Below are positions 59,101 to 64,000 of a stretch of 64,000 bases of DNA, piece by piece. This DNA is from Macrostomum lignano (Eukaryota). Below the pieces are notes generated by a model. That model saw only the letters and a program-made list of their open reading frames with translations, had not been told where the DNA came from and made no database searches. Position numbers and translations under genes: made by a program. The stretch spans positions 1 through 64,000 of the forward strand of contig NIVC01000124.1 of assembly GCA_002269645.1 (NCBI GenBank), in the 5' to 3' direction. How positions within the stretch are numbered: the stretch's first letter is position 1; each line of letters starts with the position of its first letter.

Positions 59101-62100
59101 ATCTGTGCTACATTATAAACATGTTAAACAAATGATTTAAATTTCGCAGGGCACGGAGACTCTGGCCTGTCACCTGGGCTTAATACTGCGCTTGTATCTG
59201 CGCTGTTTGAGTCTAAGCCAGTGCTCAACCGCTTTGCACTCTGTGTTCGCCAGTCTGCGCAGCTTCTTGATGAAGTACCCGGAGACAGTGTTCGAAGAGG
59301 AGGCCGACCAGTGCACCTCCCTGTGCTTGCAGTTATTGCGCTATTGCGGTTCTAGATTGACCGAGGTTCGAACTCAGGCCACCGCCACACTCTATCTGCT
59401 CATGAGGATCAACTATACGAGAAAGTTTCATTTCAGCAAAGTGAAAATGCAATTAACTATGGCTTTGAGTAGCTTTGTCTCGGATAGGGAAATGTTCAAC
59501 GAAGATTATCTGCGCAGGTCGCTTAAGGTGAGCGAACCTATGAATTATTGTAATAACTTAAGTATAGCTGCTAAAGAGCTCAATGTATATTGCCTGGCGT
59601 TTAGAAGAAACGGTGTGATCAAAAGGAGGCTAAAATGATGGGGTGTGCAGGTGATTGATAAGCTTTGCAAGTTTATTGATAAGGGTGTGCAAGTTTATTG
59701 ATAGGGTGTGCAAGTTTATTGGTAGGGTGTGCAAGTTTATTGGTAAGGTGTGCAAGTTTATTGATAGGTGTGTGCAGGTTTATTGATAGGTGTGTGCAAG
59801 TTTATTGATAAGGTGTGCAAGTTTATTGATAGGGTGTGCAAGTTTATTGGTAAGGTGTGCAAGTTTATTGGTAAGGTGTGCAAGTTTATTGGTAAGGTGT
59901 GCAAGTTTATTGATAGGTGTGTGCAGGTTTATTGATAGGTGTGTGCAAGTTTATTGATAAGGTGTGCAAGTTTATTGATAGGGTGTGCAAGTTTATTGAT
60001 AGGTGTGTGCAAGTTTATTGATAAGGTGTGCAAGTTTATTGATAGGTGTGTGCAGGTTTATTGATAGGTGTGTGCAAGTTTATTGATAAGGTGTGCAAGT
60101 TTATTGGTAAGGTGTGCAAGTTTATTGGTAAGGTGTGCAAGTTTATTGGTAAGGTGTGCAAGTTTATTGGTAGGGTGTGCAAGTTTATTGGTAGGGTGTG
60201 CAAATGAAAAAGGATATCATGTGACGCGCAAATAATGGAAAGTGTCATGAGTGCCAATCAAGCCAGACGAACGGAGGCAGCACACCCCCGCCCCCAAATC
60301 CCAGGCTCTCCTGTCCTACACTGACCGAGACGAAGCCGTGTGCGAGAACTTCAGCGGCCAAGTGCAGGACCTGGTGCTCAATCTGCACACGATCCTGTCT
60401 GACACAATCAAAATGAAGGAGTTCGCAGAGGATCCGGAAATGCTAGTAGATTTGATGTATCGAGTAGCCAAAGGCTATGCTAACAGTCCGGATTTGCGGC
60501 TTACCTGGCTGCAGAATATGGCTAGGCAGCATTTGACTCATAAGCATTATGCAGAGGCTGGGATGTGCCTGCTGCACTCGGTGTCTCTAGTGGTGGAGTA
60601 CCTGCACATGATGGACCCGGTACAGTACATGCCTGTTGGCTGTGCCGCCTTCTCCGCAATCAGTAAGAATGTTCTGGAGGAGAGTGCCGTGTCAGATGAC
60701 GTCATCAGTCCGGAGGAGGACGGAGTGTGCTGCTCTAATTGGTTCCTGAGACCAGGTGGGGCCTCCCTCTGTCTGTTGTAAGAAGAGAGAGGGGTGGGTG
60801 GCTGATTAGGAGAGTAAAAGAGGCGGAGAGGTCAGCGAAGGGATGAGATGGAATTCCAAAGAAGATTAATGGGAGGGGAGAAAAAGAGATGTGAGGGTGG
60901 GGAGAGAAGAGATGTGAGGGTGGGGAGAGAAGAGAGGGTGGGAAGAGAAGAGATGTGAGGGTGGGAAGAGAAGAGATGTGAGGGTGTGATGAGAAGAGAT
61001 GTGAGGGTGGGGAGAGAAGAGATGTGAGGGTGGGGAGAGAAGAGATGTGAGGGTGGGGAGAGAAGAGATGTGAGGGTGTGGTGAGAAGAGATGGGGTGAG
61101 TGATGAGAAGAGATGTGAGGGTGTGGTGAGAAGAGATAGGACATAGGAGGGAGGGGAGAGAGAAGAGAATAGTTATAAGACACATGAGGTGAGAGTAGGG
61201 GAAGGGAAATGGTAGTAGTGAATAGAAGACAGACACCAGAAATACTATTGGGTAGCAGTGAGAGATGAGCAAGTGAACTATTGCAAAACGAATCGCCCCC
61301 GCACCCTGGCCGCAGAGCTGCTGGCGCTGGTGGATCATTCGGCGCAATTCTTCGAACTATCAGGCCTGTACGAGTTCATCGAGCCGCTTTACACCGCCCT
61401 GCTGCCGCTGCACCGGCACAACAAAGACTACCGCCGACTGGCCGCGGTGTACGCCAAGATGCGCGACAGCTGCGACAATATCGCCTTCAACGAGAGCAAG
61501 CGGATGTTCGGCACCTACTTTCGGGTCGGCTTTTACGGTCATCGATTCGGGGATTTAGACGGCGAAGAGTTTGTTTATAAAGAGCCGCCTTTGACTAAAC
61601 TGCCGGAGATTTCGCATCGACTGGAGCGTTTTTATGGCGACCGGTTCGGGCCCGAAAATCTCGTCATTGTCAAGGACTCTAATGCGGTGAGGTTTTAGTC
61701 CCACATGGAAAATTCCCAAGATCCCAGACTCCCTCCAGAATTCCCTGATGAACAATTCTCAAGATCCCAAACTCATCCAGAATTACCCGATGGAGAATTC
61801 TCAGAATCTCAGGATCCCAAACTCCCTCCAGAATTCCCCGATGGAGAATTCTCAGAATCTCAGGATCCCAAACTCCCTCCAGAATTCCCCGATGGAGAAT
61901 TCTCAATATCCCAAATTCCTCCAGAATTCCCCGATGGAGAATTCTTAATATCCCAAATTCCTCCAGAATTCCCCGATGGAGAATTCTCAAGATCCCAAAC
62001 TCCCTCCAAATCTTAAGATCCCGAACTACCTTTAAATCCCAAGATCCCAAACTACCTTTAAATCCCAAGATCCCAAACTACCTTTAAATCCCAAGATCCC

Positions 62101-63192
62101 AAACTACCTTTAAATCCCAAGATCCCAAACTGCCTCTAAATTCCAAGATCCCAAACTGCCTCTAAATTCCAAGATCCCAAACTCCCTGCAGAATTCCCCT
62201 CCCCGATCGAGAACTTCTAAGATCCAAATTCCTTCCAGAATTCCCCGATGGAGAATTCTCAGGATCCCAGACTTCCTCCAGAATTCCTCGATAGAGAATT
62301 CTCAAGATCCCAAACTCCATCCAGAATTCCCCGTTGGTCTACTTGGGATTTCCTTAATTACTAGATCTAAGAGTAATTCTCTTAGTAATTCCCCAGTTCT
62401 CTGTATTATTAACAATCGAATTCCCCAGCTCCGCAGTTCATAATCTCTAATTAACTACCCTGGCCGCAGGTGGAGCGCGAACGGCTGGACCAGAACAAGG
62501 CCTACATCCAGATCACCTATGTCGAGCCCTACCTGGAACCCTACGAGCTGCGCGAGCGTCAGTCGCAATTCGAGCGCAACAACGGCATAGCAACGTTTGT
62601 CTACTCGACTCCGTACACTCAGAGCGGCCGGGCGCACGGCGATCTGCAAGATCAGTGCAAGCGCAAAACCGTGCTTACAACCAGTCACAGCTTCCCCTAC
62701 ATCAAGACACGGCTACAGGTGATCCACACGAAATCCTTCAACTTGACTCCAATCGAAGTAGCAATTGAAGATTTGGAGAAGAAAAACGCTGAATTGACCC
62801 GAGCTTTGGAGTTGAATCCGCCGGATTTGAAAATTCTACAAATGGTTTTGCAAGGCTCAATTGGTGCCACGGTTAATCAGGGCCCGGTCGAGATGGCCTC
62901 GGTGTTCCTCGCCTCCGTGGCGGAGGGCACCCAGCCCGCCGCACCAGCGCATCACAAACTTCGTCTGGCCTTCAAGGAGTTCCTGTTGAAGTCGCACGAT
63001 GCCCTGGCTAAGAATCGCGACCTGATCATGTCGGATCAGGTGGATTATCAGACTGAGATGGAGAAGAATTATCAATTGATTAAAGACCAGCTGCTGCCGC
63101 TGACCAGCTGGGGCAATCCGAGCTTTGATCGTGAGCAGAGAAATGTTGTAGCCGCTAGGAGGAAGAGCAACTCTTCAATGTCCAGCTGCTGA
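50129..63192 (+). CDS. DOCK7: DOCK-C family Rac/Cdc42 GEF (DOCK6/7/8, Zir-like), ~2049 aa from ATG 50129
   Basis: Exons (50072/50080)50129-50773, 51571-51935, 52224-52797, 53832-55868, 57763-58368, 59150-59527, 60305-60755, 61316-61686, 62470-63192 join with phases 0,2,0,0,0,0,1,0. N-terminal DPVEVEE..FPTDDV..RPCRT; [27 protein letters not shown]; DHR1/C2 [14 protein letters not shown]...[19 protein letters not shown]; DHR2 [53 protein letters not shown] further 5' exon may be missing; paralog assignment within DOCK6/7/8 is not resolvable. Confidence 0.93.
50785..51450. repeat. Degenerate G/T-rich repeat (GATTTGGGATTTTTGGTTTTAGG), DOCK intron 1
   Basis: Direct reading. Confidence 0.88.
51936..52208. 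repeat. ~34-bp repeat (GTGAGATTTTCAAATTGTCACTCTCTTATCTGGA) making up nearly all of DOCK intron 2
   Basis: First unit starts at the donor GT (51936); about 8 copies. Confidence 0.93.
52835..53765. repeat. 24-bp minisatellite (TGACCTGTAGATCATACAAGATTA / TGACCTGTAGATCAGAGAGGGTTA), DOCK intron 3
   Basis: Two variant sub-arrays. Confidence 0.95.
55905..57680. repeat. 24-bp minisatellite (TTCTTCAGTAGCTACCTTTTGGGG), DOCK intron 4
   Basis: About 74 copies; 48-bp dimeric higher-order units near 57385-57660. Confidence 0.97.
58635..58935. repeat. ~157-bp tandem duplication, DOCK intron 5
   Basis: TTAGAAGCCCAAGCTTGCAGGCGT...GGCAATATAAATTGGGGCG occurs twice. Confidence 0.9.
59640..60200. repeat. 21-22 bp minisatellite (GGTGTGCAAGTTTATTGATAA), DOCK intron 6
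   Basis: About 25 copies. Confidence 0.95.
60880..61140. repeat. Purine-rich ~24-bp repeat (GAGAAGAGATGTGAGGGTGGGGA), DOCK intron 7
   Basis: About 10 copies. Confidence 0.9.
61705..62335. repeat. Composite repeat (CAAGATCCCAAACTCCCTCCAGAATTCCCCGATGGAGAATTCT and AAGATCCCAAACTACCTTTAAATCCC), DOCK intron 8
   Basis: Direct reading. Confidence 0.9.
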
Positions 63193-64000
63193 CTTGGTGA
63201 CACTTGCGGCTGGATTGGTGACACTTGCAGCTGAATTGGTGACACTTGCGGCTGAATTGGTGACACTTGTAACTGAATTGGTGACACTTGCGGCTGGATT
63301 GGTGACACTTGCAGCTGAATTGGTGACACTTGCAGCTGAATTGGTGACACTTGTAGCTGAATTGGTGACACTTGCAGCTGAATTGGTGACACTTGTAGCT
63401 GAATTGGTGACACTTGCGGCTGAATTGGTGACACTTGTAACTGAATTGGTGACACTTGCGGCTGAATTGGTGACACTTGCAGCTGAATTGGTGACACTTG
63501 CAGCTGAATTGGTGACACTTGTAGCTGAATTGGTGACACTTGCAGCTGAATTGGTGACACTTGCAGCTGAATTGGTGACACTTGCGGCTGAATTGGTGAC
63601 ACTTGTAGCTGAATTGGTGACACTTGCAGCTGAATTGGTGACACTTGTAGCTGAATTGGTGACACTTGCAGCTGAATTGGTGACACTTGTAGCTGAATTG
63701 GTGACACTTGTAGCTGAATTGGTGACACTTGCAGCTGAATTGGTGACACTTGTAGCTGAATTGGTGACACTTGTAGCTGAATTGGTGACACTTGTAGCTG
63801 AATTGGTGACACTTGCAGCTGAATTGGTGACACTTGCAGCTGAATTGGTGACACTTGTAGCTGAATTGGTGACACTTGTAGCTGAATTGGTGACACTTGT
63901 AGCTGAATTGGTGACACTTGTAGCTGAATTGGTGACACTTGCGGCTGGATTGGTGACACTTGCAGCTGAATTGGTGACACTTGTAGCTGAATTGGTGACA
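63180..64000. repeat. 21-bp minisatellite (CAGCTGAATTGGTGACACTTG) beginning at the DOCK stop codon; runs off the window
   Basis: About 39 copies. Confidence 0.97.

Overview
Eukaryotic (animal) genomic DNA. Exons are GC-rich and full of polyQ/polyG/polyS runs, and introns are AT-rich or filled with tandem repeats; this style suggests a flatworm such as Macrostomum lignano (inference, not verified). I could assemble five + strand genes with phase-consistent splice junctions: two tandem PIAS/Siz-type SUMO E3 ligase paralogs (PINIT + SP-RING + SIM, neither with a visible SAP domain; one has a Q-rich N-terminus, the other two C2H2-like fingers), an F-box/LRR gene ending in a CCLL CaaX motif, an RBM4/lark-like single-RRM gene with a 1-nt frameshift, and a near-complete DOCK-C (DOCK6/7/8-like) GEF. 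There is also a disabled orphan ORF (20.2-21.1 kb), a decayed BEL/Pao gag, several small TIR transposons with readable TSDs, and tRNA-derived SINEs. The most striking pattern is that most introns are filled by their own 20-61 bp minisatellite. Several arrays look amplified from the adjacent splice junction or stop codon. One 28-bp family sits in inverted orientation on both sides of F-box exon 3. No CRISPR, rRNA or prokaryotic features are present, and the many long ORFs in the track are tandem-repeat artefacts.
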